DNA of 64,000 nt from the human T2T-CHM13v2.0 reference genome, Homo sapiens, in NCBI RefSeq assembly GCF_009914755.1, contig NC_060925.1; one strand, given 5' to 3'. The notes beneath the pieces were generated by a model, which was not told the DNA's origin, did no database searches, and saw only the letters and a program-made list of their open reading frames with translations. The translations under genes and the position numbers were made by a program. This document shows, piece after piece, positions 40,201-53,523 of the stretch (the first letter of the stretch is position 1; every line of letters starts with the position of its first letter).

Positions 40201-43200
40201 ATTCAGACCTCTTTGAGGCCTTCGTTGGAAACGGGATTTCTTCATATTATGCTAGACAGAATAATTCTCAGTAACTTCCTTGTGTTGTGTGTATTCAACT
40301 CACAGAGTTGAACGATCCATTACAGAGAGCAGACTTGAAACACTCTTTTTGTGGAATTTGCAAGTGGAGATTTCAGCCGCTTTGAGGTCAATGGTAGAAT
40401 AGGAAATATCTTCCTATAGAAACTAGACAGAATGATTCTCAGAAACTCCTTTGTGATGTGTGCGTTCAACTCACAGAGTTTAACCTTTCTTTTCATAGAG
40501 CAGTTAGGAAACACTCTGTTTGTAAAGTCTGCAAGTGGATATTCAGACCTCTTTGAGGCCTTCGTTGGAAACGGGATTTCTTCATATTCTGCTAGACAGA
40601 AGAATTCTCAGTAACTTCCTTGTGTTGTGTGTATTCAACTGACAGAGTTGAACTTTCATTTAGAGAGAGCAGATTTGAAACACTGTTTTTGTGGAATTTG
40701 CAAGTGGAGATTTCAAGCGCTTTGGGGCCAAAGGCAGAAAAGGAAATATCTTCGTATAAAAACTAGACAGAATCATTCTTAGAAACTGCTGCGTGATGTG
40801 TGCGTTCAACTCTCAGAGTTTAACTTTTCTTTTCATTCAGCGGTTTGGAAACACTCTGTTTGTAATGTCTGCACGTGGATATTTTGACCACTTAGAGGCC
40901 TTCGTTGGAAACGGGTTTTTTGCATGTAAGGCTAGACAGAAGAATTCCCAGTAACTTCCTTGTGTTGTGTGCATTCAACTCACAGAGTTGAACGTTCCCT
41001 TAGAGAGAGCAGATTTGAAACACTCTATTTGTGCAATTTGCAAGTGTAGATTTCAAGCGCTTTAAGGTCAATGGCAGAAAAGGAAATATCTTCGTTTCAA
41101 AACTAGACAGAATCATTCCCACAAACTGCGTTGTGATGTGTTCGTTCAACTCACAGAGTTTAACCTTTCTGTTCATAGAGCAGTTAGGAAACACTCTGTT
41201 TGTAAAGTCTGTAAGTGGATATTCTGACATCTTATGGCCTTCGTTGGAAACGGGATTTCTTCATATTCTGCTAGACAGAAGAATTCTCAGTAACTTCCTT
41301 GTGTTGTGTGTATTCAACTCACAGAGTTGAACGATCCTTTACACAGAGCAGACTTGAAACACTCTTTTTGTGGAATTTGCAAGTGGAGATTTCAGCCGCT
41401 TTGAGGTCAATGGTAGAAAAGGAAATATCTTCGTATAAAGACTAGACAGAATGATTCTCAGAAACTCCTTTGTGATGTGTGCGATCAACTCACAGAGTTT
41501 AACCTTTCTTTTCATAGAGCAGTTAGGAAACACTCTGTTTGTAAAGTCTGCAAGTGGATATTCAGACCTCCTTGAGGCCTTCTTTGGAAACGGGATTTCT
41601 TCATATTCTGCTAGACAGAAGAATTCTCAGTAATTTCCTTGTGTTGTGTGTATTCAACTCACAGAGTTGAACGATCCTTTACACAGAGCAGACTTGAAAC
41701 ACTCTTTTTGTGGAATTTGCAAGTGGAGATTTCAGCCGCTTTGAGGTCAATGGTAGAAAAGGAAATATCTTCGTATAAAGACTAGACAGAAAGATTCTCA
41801 GAAACTCCTTTGTGATGTGTGCGTTCAACTCACAGAGTTTAAATTTTCTTTTCATAGAGCAGTTAGGAAACACTCTGGAAACGGGATTTCTTCATATTAT
41901 GCTATACAGAATAATTCTCAGTAACTTCCTTGTGTTGTGTGTATTCAACTCACAGAGTTGTACGATCCTTTACACAGAGCAGACTTGAAACACTCTTTTT
42001 GTGGAATTTGCAAGTGGAGATTTCAGCCGCTTTGAGGTGAATGGTAGAAAAGGAAACTATCTTCGTATAAAGACTAGACAGAATGATTCTCAGAAAATCC
42101 TTTGTGATGTGTGCGTTCAACTCACAGAGTTTAACTTTTCTTTTCATATAGCAGTTAGGAAACACTTTGTTTGTAAAGTCTGCAAGTGGATATTCAGACC
42201 TCTTTGAGGCCTTCGTTGGAAACGGGATTTCTTCATATTCTGCTAGACAGAAGAATTCTCAGTAACTTCCTTGTGTTGTGTGTATTCAACTCACAGAGTT
42301 GAACGATCCTTTACACAGAGCAGACTTGAAACACTCTTTTTGTGGAATTTGCAAGTGGAGATTTCAGCCGCTTTGAGGTCAATTGTAGAAAAGGAAATAT
42401 CTTCGTATAAAGACTAGACAGAATGATTCTCAGAAACTCCTTTGTGATGTGTGCGTTCAACTCACAGAGTTTAACTTTTCTTTTCATAGAGCAGTTAGGA
42501 AACACTCTGTAATGTCTGCAAGTGGATATTCAGACCTCTTTGAGGCCTTCGTTGGAAACGGGATTTCTTCATATTATGCTAGACAGAATAATTCTCAGTA
42601 ACTTCCTTGTGTTGTGTGCATTCAACTCACAGAGTTGAACGATCCTTTACAGAGAGCAGACTTGAAACACTCTTTTTGTGGAATTTGCAAGTGGAGATTT
42701 CAGCCGCTTTGAGGTCAATTGTAGAATAGGAAATATCTTCCTACAGAAACTAGACAGAATGATTCTCATAAACTCCTTTGTGATGTGTGCGTTCAACTCA
42801 CAGAGTTTAACCTTTCTTTTCATAGAGCAGTTAGGAAACACTCTGTTTGTAAAGTCTGCAAGTGGATATTCAGACCCCTTTGAGGCCTTCGTTGAAAACG
42901 GGATTTCTTCATATTCTGCTAGACAGAAGAATTCTCAGTAACTTCCTTGTGTTGTGTGTATTCAACTGACAGAGTTGAACTTTCATTTAGATAGAGCAGA
43001 TTTGAAACACTGTTTTTGTGGAATTTGCAGGTGGAGATTTCAAGCGCTTTGGGGCCAAAGGCAGAAAAGGAAATATCTTCGTATAAAAACTAGACAGAAT
43101 CATTCTCAGAAACTGCTGCGTGATGTGTGCGTTCAACTCTCAGAGTTTAACTTTTCTTTTCATTCAGCGGTTTGGAAACACTCTGTTTGTAAAGTCTGCA

Positions 43201-43930
43201 CGTGGATATTTTGACCACTTAGAGGCCTTCGTTGGAAACGGGTTTTTTTCATGTAAGGCTAGACAGAAGAATTCCCAGTAACTTCCTTGTGTTGTGTGCA
43301 TTCAACTCACAGTGTTGAACGTTCCCTTAGACAGAGCAGATTTGAAACACTCTATTTGTGCAATTTGCAAGTGTAGATTTCAAGCGCTTTAAGGTCAATG
43401 GCAGAAAAGGAAATATCTTCGTTTCAAAACTAGACAGAATCATTCCCACAAACTGCGTTGTGATGTGTTCGTTCAACTCACAGAGTTTAACCTTTCTGTT
43501 CATAGAGCAGTTAGGAAACACTCTGTTTGTAAAGTCTGTAAGTGGATATTCTGACCTCCTTGAGGGCTTCGTTGGAAACGGGATTTCTTCATATTCTGCT
43601 AGACAGAAGAATTCTCAGTAACTTCCTTGTGTTGTGTGTATTCAACTCACAGAGTTGAACGATCCTTTACACAGAGCAGACTTGAAACACTCTTTTTGTG
43701 GAATTTGAAGTGGAGAATTCAGCCGCTTTGAGGTCAATGGTAGAAAAGGAAACTATCTTCGTATAAAGACTAGACAGAATGATTCTCAGAAAATCCTTTG
43801 TGATGTGTGCGTTCAACACACAGAGTTTAACTTTTCTTTTCTTAGAGCAGTTAGGAAACAGTCTGTTTGTAAAGTCTGCAAGTGGATATTCAGACCTCTT
43901 TGAGGCCTTCGTTGGAAACGGGATTTCTTC
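34203..43930 (+). repeat. Older paralogous block of ~16292-25340 (offsets 17911, then 18590), with a middle part matching ~10850-14250 (offset 26070/26068)
   Basis: ORF/marker matches: 16632-34543, 17971-35882, 11192-37262, 12213-38283, 13573-39641, 21730-40320, 23089-41679, 24057-42647. Confidence 0.85.
41871..41886 (+). other. 49-bp deletion junction (copy 3)
   Basis: Same junction at +18590. Confidence 0.95.
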
Positions 43931-44346
43931 ATATTATGCTAGACAGAATAATTCTCAGTAACTTCCTTGTGTTGTGTGTATTCAACTCACAGAGTTGAAC
44001 GATCCTTTACAGAGAGCAGACTTGAAACACTCTTTTTGTGGAATTTGCAAGTGGAGATTTCAGCCGCTTTGTGGTCAATGGTAGAATAGGAAATATCTTC
44101 CTATAGAAACTAGACAGAATGATTCTCAGAAACTCCTTTGTGATGTGTGCGTTCAACTCACAGAGTTTAACCTTTCTTTTCATAGAGCAGTTAGGAAACA
44201 CTCTGTTTGTAAAGTCTGCAAGTGGATATTGAGACCTCTTTGAGGCCTTCGTTGGAAACGGGATTTCTTCATATTCTGCTAGACAGAAGAATTCTCAGTA
44301 ACTTCCTTGTGTTGTGTGTATTCAACTCACAGAGTTGAACGATCCT

Positions 44347-47300
44347 TTACACAGAGCAGACTTGAAACACTCTTTTTGTAGAATTTGCAAGTGGAGATTT
44401 CAGCCGCTTTGAGGTCAATAGTAGAAAAGGAAATATCTTCGTAGAAAAACTAGACAGAATGATTCTCAGAAACTCCTTTGTGATGTGTGTGTTCAACTCA
44501 CAGAGTTTAACCTTTCTTTTCATAGAGCAGTTAGTAAACACTCTGTTTATAAAGTCTGCAAGTGGATATTCAGACCCCTTTGAGGCCTTCGTTGGAAACG
44601 GGATTTCTTCATATTATGCTAGACAGAAGAATTCTCAGTAACTTCCTTGTGTTGTGTGTATTCAACTGACAGAGTTGAACTTTCATTTAGAGAGAGCAGA
44701 TTTGAAACACTGTTTTTGTGGAATTTGCAAGTGGAGATTTCAAGCGCTTTGGGGCCAAAGGCAGAAAAGGAAATATCTTCGTATAAAAACTAGACAGAAT
44801 CATTCTCAGAAACTGCTGCGTGATGTGTGCGTTCAACTCTCAGAGTTTAACTTTTCTTTTCATTCAGCGGTTTGGAAACACTCTGTTTGTAAAGTCTGCA
44901 CGTGGAAATTTTGACCACTTAGAGGCCTTCGTTGGAAACGGGTTTTTTTCATTTAAGGCTAGACAGAAGAATTCCCAGTAACTTCCTTGTGTTGTGTGCA
45001 TTCAACTCACAGAGTTGAACGTTCCCTTAGACAGAGCAGATTTGAAACACTCTATTTGTGCAATTTGCAAGTGTAGATTTCAAGCGCTTTAAGGTCAACG
45101 GCAGAAAAGGAAATATCTTCGTTTCAAAACTAGACAGAATCGTTCCCACAAACTGCGTTGTGATGTGTTCGTTCAACTCACAGAGTTTAACCTTTCTGTT
45201 CATAGAGCAGTTAGGAAACACTCTGTTTGTAAAGTCTGTAAGTGGATATTCTGACATCTTGTGGCCTTCGTTGGAAACGGGATTTCTTCCTATTCTGCTA
45301 GACAGAAGAATTCTCAGTAACTTCCTTGTGTTGTGTGTATTCAACTCACAGAGTTGAACGATCCTTTACACAGAGCAGACTTGAAACACTCTTTTTGTGG
45401 AATTTGCAAGTGGAGATTTCAGCCGCTTTGAGGTCAATGGTAGAAAAGGAAACTATCTTCATATAAAGACTAGACAGAATGATTCTCAGAAAATCTTTTG
45501 TGATGTGTGCGTTCAACTCACAGAGTTTAACTTTTCTTCTCATAGAGCAGTTAGGAAACACTCTGTTTGTAAAGTCTGCAAGTGGATATTCAGACCTCTT
45601 TGAGGCCTTCGTTGGAAACGGGATTTCTTCATATTATGCTAGACAGAATAATTCTCAGTAACTTCCTTGTGTTGTGTGTATTCAACTCACAGAGTTGAAG
45701 GATCCTTTACAGAGAGCAGGCTTGAAACACTCTTTTTGTCGAATTTGCAAGTGGAGATTTCAGCCGCTTTGAGGTCAATGGTAGAATAGGAAATATCTTC
45801 TTATAGAAACTAGACAGAATGATTCTCATGAACTCCTTTGTGATGTGTGCGTTCAACTCACAGAGTTTAACCTTTCTTTTCATAGAGCAGTTAGGAAACA
45901 CTCTGTTTGTAAAGTCTGCAAGTGGATATTCAGACCTCCTTGAGGCCTTCGTTGGAAACGGGATTTCTTCATATTCTGCTAGACAGAAGAATTCTCAGTA
46001 ACTTCCTTGTGTTGTGTTTATTCAACTCACAGAGTTGAATGATCCTTTACACAGAGCAGACTTGAAACACTCTTTTTGTGGAAATTGCAAGTGGAGATTT
46101 CAGCCGCTTTGAGGTCAACGGTAGAAAAGTAAATATCTTCGTATAAAGACTAGACAGAATGATTCTCAGAAACTCCTTTGTGATGTGTGTGTTCAACTCA
46201 CAGAGTTTAAACTTTCTGTTCATAGAGCAGTTAGGAAACACTCTGTTTGTAAAGTCTGCAAGTGGATATTCAGACCTCCTTGAGGCCTTCGTTGGAAACG
46301 GGATTTCTTCATATTCTGCTAGACAGAAGAATTCTCAGTAACTTCCTTGTGTTGTGTGTATTCAACTCACAGAGTTGAACGATCCTTTACACAGAGCAGA
46401 CTTGAAACACTCTTTTTGTGGAATTTGCAAGTGGAGATTTCAGCCGCTTTGAGGTCAATAGTAGAAAAGGAAATATCTTCGTAGAAAAACTAGACAGAAT
46501 GATTCTCAGAAACTCCTTTGTGATGTGTGTGTTCAACTCACAGAGTTTAACCATTCTTTTCATAGAGCAGTTAGTAAACACTCTGTTTATAAAGTCTGCA
46601 AGTGGATATTCAGACCCCTTTGAGGCCTTCGTTGGAAACGGGATTTCTTCATATTATGCTAGACAGAAGAATTCTCAGTAACTTCCTTGTGTTGTGTGTA
46701 TTCAACTGACAGAGTTGAACTTTCATTTAGAGAGAGCAGATTTGAAACACTGTTTTTGTGGAATTTGCAAGTGGAGATTTCAAGCGCTTTGGGGCCAAAG
46801 GCAGAAAAGGAAATATCTTCGTATAAAAACTAGACAGAATCATTCTCAGAAACTGCTGCGTGATGTGTGCGTTCAACTCTCAGAGTTTAACTTTTCTTTT
46901 CATTCAGCGGTTTGGAAACACTCTGTTTGTAAAGTCTGCACGTGGATATTTTGACCACTTAGAGGCCTTCGTTGGAAAAGGGTTTTTTTCATGTAAGGCT
47001 AGACAGAAGAATTCCCAGTAACTTCCTTGTGTTGTGTGCATTCAACTCACAGAGTTGAACGTTCCCTTAGACAGAGCAGATTTGAAACACTCTATTTGTG
47101 CAATTTGCAAGTGTAGATTTCAAGCGCTTTAAGGTCAACGGAAGAAAAGGAAATATCTTCGTTTCAAAACTAGACAGAATCATTCCCACAAACTGCGTTG
47201 TGATGTGTTCGTTCAACTCACAGAGTTTAACCTTTCTGTTCATAGAGCAGTTAGGAAACACTCTGTTTGTAAAGTCTGTAAGTGGATATTCTGACATCTT

Positions 47301-49787
47301 GTGGCCTTCGTTGGAAACGGGATTTCTTCATATTCTGCTAGACAGAAGAATTCTCAGTAACTTCCTTGTGTTGTGTGTATTCAACTCACAGAGTTGAACG
47401 ATCCTTTACACAGAGCAGACTTGAAACACTCTTTTTGTGGAATTTGCAACTGGAGATTTCAGCCGCTTTGAAGTCAATGGTAGAAAAGGAAACTATCTTC
47501 ATATAAAGACTAGACAGAATGATTCTCAGAATATCTTTTGTGATGTGTGCGTTCAACTCACAGAGTTTAACTTTTCTTCTCATAGAGCAGTTAGGAAACA
47601 CTCTGTTTGTAAAGTCTGCAAGTGGATATTCAGACCTCTTTGAGGCCTTCGTTGGAAACGGGATTTCTTCATATTCTGCTAGACAGAATAATTCTCAGTA
47701 ACTTCCTTGTGTTGTGTGTATTCAACTCACAGAGTTGAAGGATCCTTTACAGAGAGCAGGCTTGAAACACTCTTTTTGTCGAATTTGCAAGTGGAGATTT
47801 CAGCCGCTTTGAGGTCAATGGTAGAATAGGAAATATCTTCTTATAGAAACTAGACAGAATGATTCTCATAAACTCCTTTGTGATGTGTGCGTTCAACTCA
47901 CAGAGTTTAACCTTTCTTTTCACAGAGCAGTTAGGAAACACTCTGTTTGAAAAGTCTGCAAGTGGATATTCAGACCTCCTTGAGGCCTTCGTTGGAAACG
48001 GGATTTATTCATATTCTGCTAGACAGAAGAATTCTCAGTAACTTCCTTGTGTTGTGTTTATTCAACTCACAGAGTTGAATGATCCTTTACACAGAGCAGA
48101 CTTGAAACACTCTTTTTGTGGAATTTGCAAGTGGAGATTTCAGCCGCTTTGAGGTCAATGGTAGAAAAGTAAATATCTTCGTATAAAGACTAGACAGAAT
48201 GATTCTCAGAAACTCCTTTGTGATGTGTGCGTTCAACTCACAGAGTTTAACCTTTCTGTTCATAGAGCAGTTAGGAAACACTCTGTTTGTAAAGTCTGCA
48301 AGTGGATACTCAGACCTCCTTGAGGCCTTCGTTGGAAACGGGATTTCTTCATATTCTGCTAGACAGAAGAATTCTCAGTAACTTCCTTGTGTTGTGTGTA
48401 CTCAACTCACAGAGTTGAACGATCCTTTACACAGAGCAGACTTGAAACACTCTTTTTGTGGAATTTGCAAGTGGAGATTTCAGCCGCTTTGAGGTCAATA
48501 GTAGAAAAGGAAATATCTTCGTAGAAAAACTAGACAGAATGATTCTCAGAAACTCCTTTGTGATGTGTGTGTTCAACTCACAGAGTTTAACCTTTCTTTT
48601 CATAGAGCAGTTAGTAAACACTCTGTTTATAAAGTCTGCAAGTGGATATTCAGACCCCTTTGAGGCCTTCGTTGGAAACGGGATTTCTTCATATTCTGCT
48701 AGACAGAAGAATTCTCAGTAACTTCCTTGTGTTGTGTGTATTCAACTGACAGAGTTCAACTTTCATTTAGAGAGAGCAGATTTGAAACACTGTTTTTGTG
48801 GAATTTGCAAGTGGAGATTTCAGCCGCTTTGAGGTCAATGGTAGAAAAGGAAACAATCTTCATATAAAGACTAGACAGAATGATTCTCAGAAAATCTTTT
48901 GTGATGTGTGCGTTCAACTCACAGAGTTTAACTTTTCTTCTCATAGAGCAGTTAGGAAACACTCTGTTTGTAAAGTCTGCAAGTGCATATTCAGACCTCT
49001 TTGAGGCCTTCGTTGGAAACGGGATTTCTTCATATTATGCTAGACAGAATAATTCTCAGTAACTTCCTTGTGTTGTGTGTATTCAACTCACAGAGTTGAA
49101 GGATCCTTTACAGAGAGCAGGCTTGAAACACTCTTTTTGTCGAATTTGCAAGTGGAGATTTCAGCCGCTTTGAGGTCAATGGTAGAATAGGAAATATCTT
49201 CTTATAGAAACTAGACAGAATGATTCTCATAAACTCCTTTGTGATGTGTGCGTTCAACTCACAGAGTTTAACCTTTCTGTTCATAGAGCAGTTAGGAAAC
49301 ACTCTGTTTGTAAAGTCTGCAAGTGGATATTCAGACCTCCTTGAGGCCTTCTTTGGAAACGGGATTTCTTCATATTCTGCTAGACAGAAGAATTCTCAGT
49401 AACTTCCTTGTGTTGTGTTTATTCAACTCACAGAGTTGAATGATCCTTTACACAGAGCAGACTTGAAACACTCTTTTTGTGGAATTTGCAAGTGGAGATT
49501 TCAGCCGCTTTGAGGTCAATGGTAGAAAAGTAAATATCTTCGTATAAAGACTAGACAGAATGATTCTCAGAAACTCCTTTGTGATGTGTGCGTTCAACTC
49601 ACAGAGTTTAACCTTTCTGTTCATAGAGCAGTTAGGAAACACTCTGTTTGTAAAGTCTGCAAGTGGATATTCAGACCTCTTTGAGGCCTTCGTTGGAAAC
49701 GGGATTTCTTCATATTCTGCTAGACAGAAGAATTCTCAGTAACTTCCTTGTGTTGTGTGTATTCTACTCACAGAGTTGAACGATCCT
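44347..49787 (+). repeat. Local 12-mer HOR variant (2040 bp; S-Y-Z-X-X-X): two full copies plus one internally deleted 1361-bp copy
   Basis: S dimers lie at 44347, 46387, 48427 and 49788. Markers aactatcttcatat, gaaggatcc/gcaggc/tgtcgaa and tttattc/gaatgatcc recur in the same order. Confidence 0.85.
48740..48870 (+). other. Chimeric Y/X dimer (second copy at ~59953-60083)
   Basis: Starts Y-type (actgacag...tttcatttagagagagcagatttgaaacactg) and continues X-type (cagccgctttgagg...aaacaatcttcatataaag). Confidence 0.9.
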
Positions 49788-52700
49788 TTACACAGAGCAG
49801 ACTTGATACACTCTTTTTGTGGAATTTGCAAGTGGAGATTTCAGCCGCTTTGAGGTCAATAGTAGAAAAGGAAATATCTTCGTAGAAAAACTAGACAGAA
49901 TGATTCTCAGAAACTCCTTTGTGATGTGTGTGTTCAACTCACAGAGTTTAACCTTTCTTTTCATAGAGCAGTTAGTAAACACTCTGTTTATAAAGTCTGC
50001 AAGTGGATATTCAGACCCCTTTGAGGCCTTCGTTGGAAACGGGATTTCTTCATATTATGCTAGACAGAAGAATTCTCAGTAACTTCCTTGTGTTGTGTGT
50101 ATTCAACTGACAGAGTTGAACTTTCATTTAGAGAGAGCAGATTTGAAACACTGTTTTTGTGGAATTTGCAAGTGGAGATTTCAAGCGCTTTGGGGCCAAA
50201 GGCAGAAAAGGAAATATCTTCGTATAAAAACTAGACAGAATCATTCTCAGAATCTGCTGCGTGATGTGTGCGTTCAACTCTCAGAGTTTAACTTTTCTTT
50301 TCATTCAGCGGTTTGGAAACACTCTGTTTGTAAAGTCTGCACGTGGATATTTTGACCACTTAGAGGCCTTCGTTGGAAACGGGTTTTTTTCATGTAAGGC
50401 TAGACAGAAGAATTCCCAGTAACTTCCTTGTGTTGTGTGCATTCAACTCACAGAGTTGAACGTTCCCTTAGACAGAGCAGATTTGAAACACTCTATTTGT
50501 GCAATTTGCAAGTGTAGATTTCAAGCGCTTTAAGGTCAATGGCAGAAAAGGAAATATCTTCGTTTCAAAACTAGACAGAATCATTCCCACAAACTGCGTT
50601 GTGATGTGTTCGTTCAACTCACAGAGTTTAACCTTTCTGTTCATAGAGCAGTTAGGAAACACTCTGTTTGTAAAGTCTGCAAGTGGATATTCAGACCTCC
50701 TTGAGGCCTTCGTTGGAAACGGGATTTCTTCATATTCTGCTAGACAGAAGAATTCTCAGTAACTTCCTTGTGTTGTGTGTATTCAACTCACAGAGTTGAA
50801 CGATCCTTTACAGAGAGCAGACTTGAAACACTCTTTTTGTGGAATTTGCAAGTGGAGATTTCAGCCGCTTTGGGGTCAATGGTAGAATAGGAAATATCTT
50901 CCTATAGAAACTAGACAGAATCATTCTCATAAACTCCTTTGTGATGTGTGCGTTCATCTCACAGAGTTTAACTTTTCTTTTCATAGAGCAGTTAGGAAAC
51001 ACTCTGTTTGTAAAGTCTGCAAGTGGATATTCAGACCTCTTTGAGGCCTTCGTTGGAAACGGGATTTCTTCATATTATGCTAGACAGAATAATTCTCAGT
51101 AACTTCCTTGTTTTGTGTGTATTCAACTCACAGAGTTGAACGATCCTTTACACAGAGCAGACTTGAAACACTCTTTTTGTGGAATTTGCAAGTGGAGATT
51201 TCAGCCGCTTTGAGGTCTATGGTAGAAAAGGAAATATCTTCGTATAAAGACTAGACAGAATGATTCTCAGAAACTCCTTTGTGATGTGTGCGTTCAACTC
51301 ACAGAGTTTAACCTTTCTTTTCATAGAGCAGTTATTAAACACTCTGTTTGTAAAGTCTGCAAGTGGATATTCAGACCTCCTTGAGGCCTTCGTTGGAAAC
51401 GGGATTTCTTCATATTCTGCTAGACAGAAGAATTCTCAGTAACTTCCTTGTGTTGTGTGTATTCAACTCACAGAGTTGAACGATGCTTTACACAGAGCAG
51501 ACTTTAAACACTCTTTTTGTGGAATTTGCAAGTGGAGATTTCAGCCGCTTTGAGGTCAATGGTAGAAAAGGAAATATCTTCGAACAAAGACTTGACAGAA
51601 TGATTCTCAGAAACTCCTTTGTGATGTGTGCGTTCAACTCACAGAGTTTAACTTTTCTTTTCATAGAGCAGTTAGGAAACACTCTGTTTGTAAAGTCTGC
51701 AAGTGTATATTCAGATCTCTTTGAGGCCTTCGTTGGAAACGGGATTTCTTCATATTATGCTAGACAGAATAATTCTCAGTAACTTCCTTGTGTTGTGTGT
51801 ATTCAACTCACAGAGTTGAACGATCCTTTACAGAGAGCAGACTTGAAACACTCTTTTTGTGGAATTTGCAAGTGAAGATTTCAGCCGCTTTGAGGTCAAT
51901 GGTAGAATAGGAAATATCTTCCTATAGAAACTAGACAGAATGATTCTCAGAAACTATTTTGTGATGTGTGCGTTCAACTCACAGAGTTTAACTTTTCTTT
52001 TCATAGACCAGTTAGGAAACACTCTGTTTGTAAAGTCTGCAAGTGGATATTCAGACCTCTTTGAGGCCTTCGTTGGAAACGGGATTTCTTCATATTCTGC
52101 TAGACAGAAGAATTCTCAGTAACTCCCTTGTGTTGTGTGTATTCAACTCACAGAGTTGAACGATCCTTTACACAGAGCAGACTTGAAACACTCTTTTTGT
52201 GGAATTTGCAAGTGGAGATTTCAGCCGCTTTGAGGTCAATAGTAGAAAAGGAAATATCTTCGTAGAAAAACTAGACAGAATGATTCTCAGAAACTCCTTT
52301 GTGATGTGTGTGTTCAACTCACAGAGTTTAACCTTTCTTTTCATAGAGCAGTTAGTAAACACTCTGTTTATAAAGTCTGCAAGTGGATATTCAGACCCCT
52401 TTGAGGCCTTCGTTGGAAACGGGATTTCTTCATATTATGCTCGACAGAAGAATTCTCAGTAACTTCCTTGTGTTGTGTGTATTCAACTGACAGAGTTGAA
52501 CTTTCATTTAGAGAGAGCAGATTTGAAACACTGTTTTTGTGGAATTTGCAAGTGGAGATTTCAAGCGCTTTGGGGCCAAAGGCAGAAAAGGAAATATCTT
52601 CGTATAAAAACTAGACAGAATCATTCTCAGAAACTGCTGCGTGATGTGTGCGTTCAACTCTCAGAGTTTAACTTTTCTTTTCATTCAGCGGTTTGGAAAC

Positions 52701-53523
52701 ACTCTGTTTGTAAAGTCTGCACGTGGATATTTTGACCACTTAGAGGCCTTCGTTGGAAACGGGTTTTTTGCATGTAAGGCTAGACAGAAGAATTCCCAGT
52801 AACTTCTTTGTGTTGTGTACATTCAACTCACAGAGTTGAACGTTCCCTTAGAGCAGATTTGAAACACTCTATTTGTGCAATTTGCAAGTGTAGATTTCAA
52901 GCGCTTTAAGGTCAATGGCAGAAAAGGATATATCTTCGTTTCAAAACTAGACAGAATCATTCCCACAAAACTGCGTTGTGATGTGTTCGTTCAACTCACA
53001 GAGTTTAACCTTTCTGTTCATAGAGCAGTTAGGAAACACTCTGTTTGTAAAGTCTGTAAGTGGATATTCTGACATCTTGTGGCCTTCGTTGGAAACGGGA
53101 TTTCTTCATATTCTGCTAGACAGAAGAATTCTCAGTAACTTCCTTGTGTTGTGTGTATTCAACTCACAGAGTTGAACGATCCTTTGCACAGAGCAGACTT
53201 GAAACACTCTTTTTGTGGAATTTGCAAGTGGAGATTTCAGCCGCTTTGAGGTCAATGGTAGAAAAGGAAATATCTTCGTATAAAGACTAGACAGAATGAT
53301 TCTCAGAAACTCCTTTGTGATGTGTGCGTTCAACTCACAGAGTTTAACCTTTCTGTTCATAGAGCAGTTAGGAAACACTCTGTTTGTAAAGTCTGCAAGT
53401 GGATATGCAGACCTCCTTGAGGCCTTCGTTGGAAACGGGATTTCTTCATATTCTGCTAGACAGAAGAATTCTCAGTAACTTCCTTGTGTTGTGTGTATTC
53501 AACTCACAGAGTTGAACGATCCT

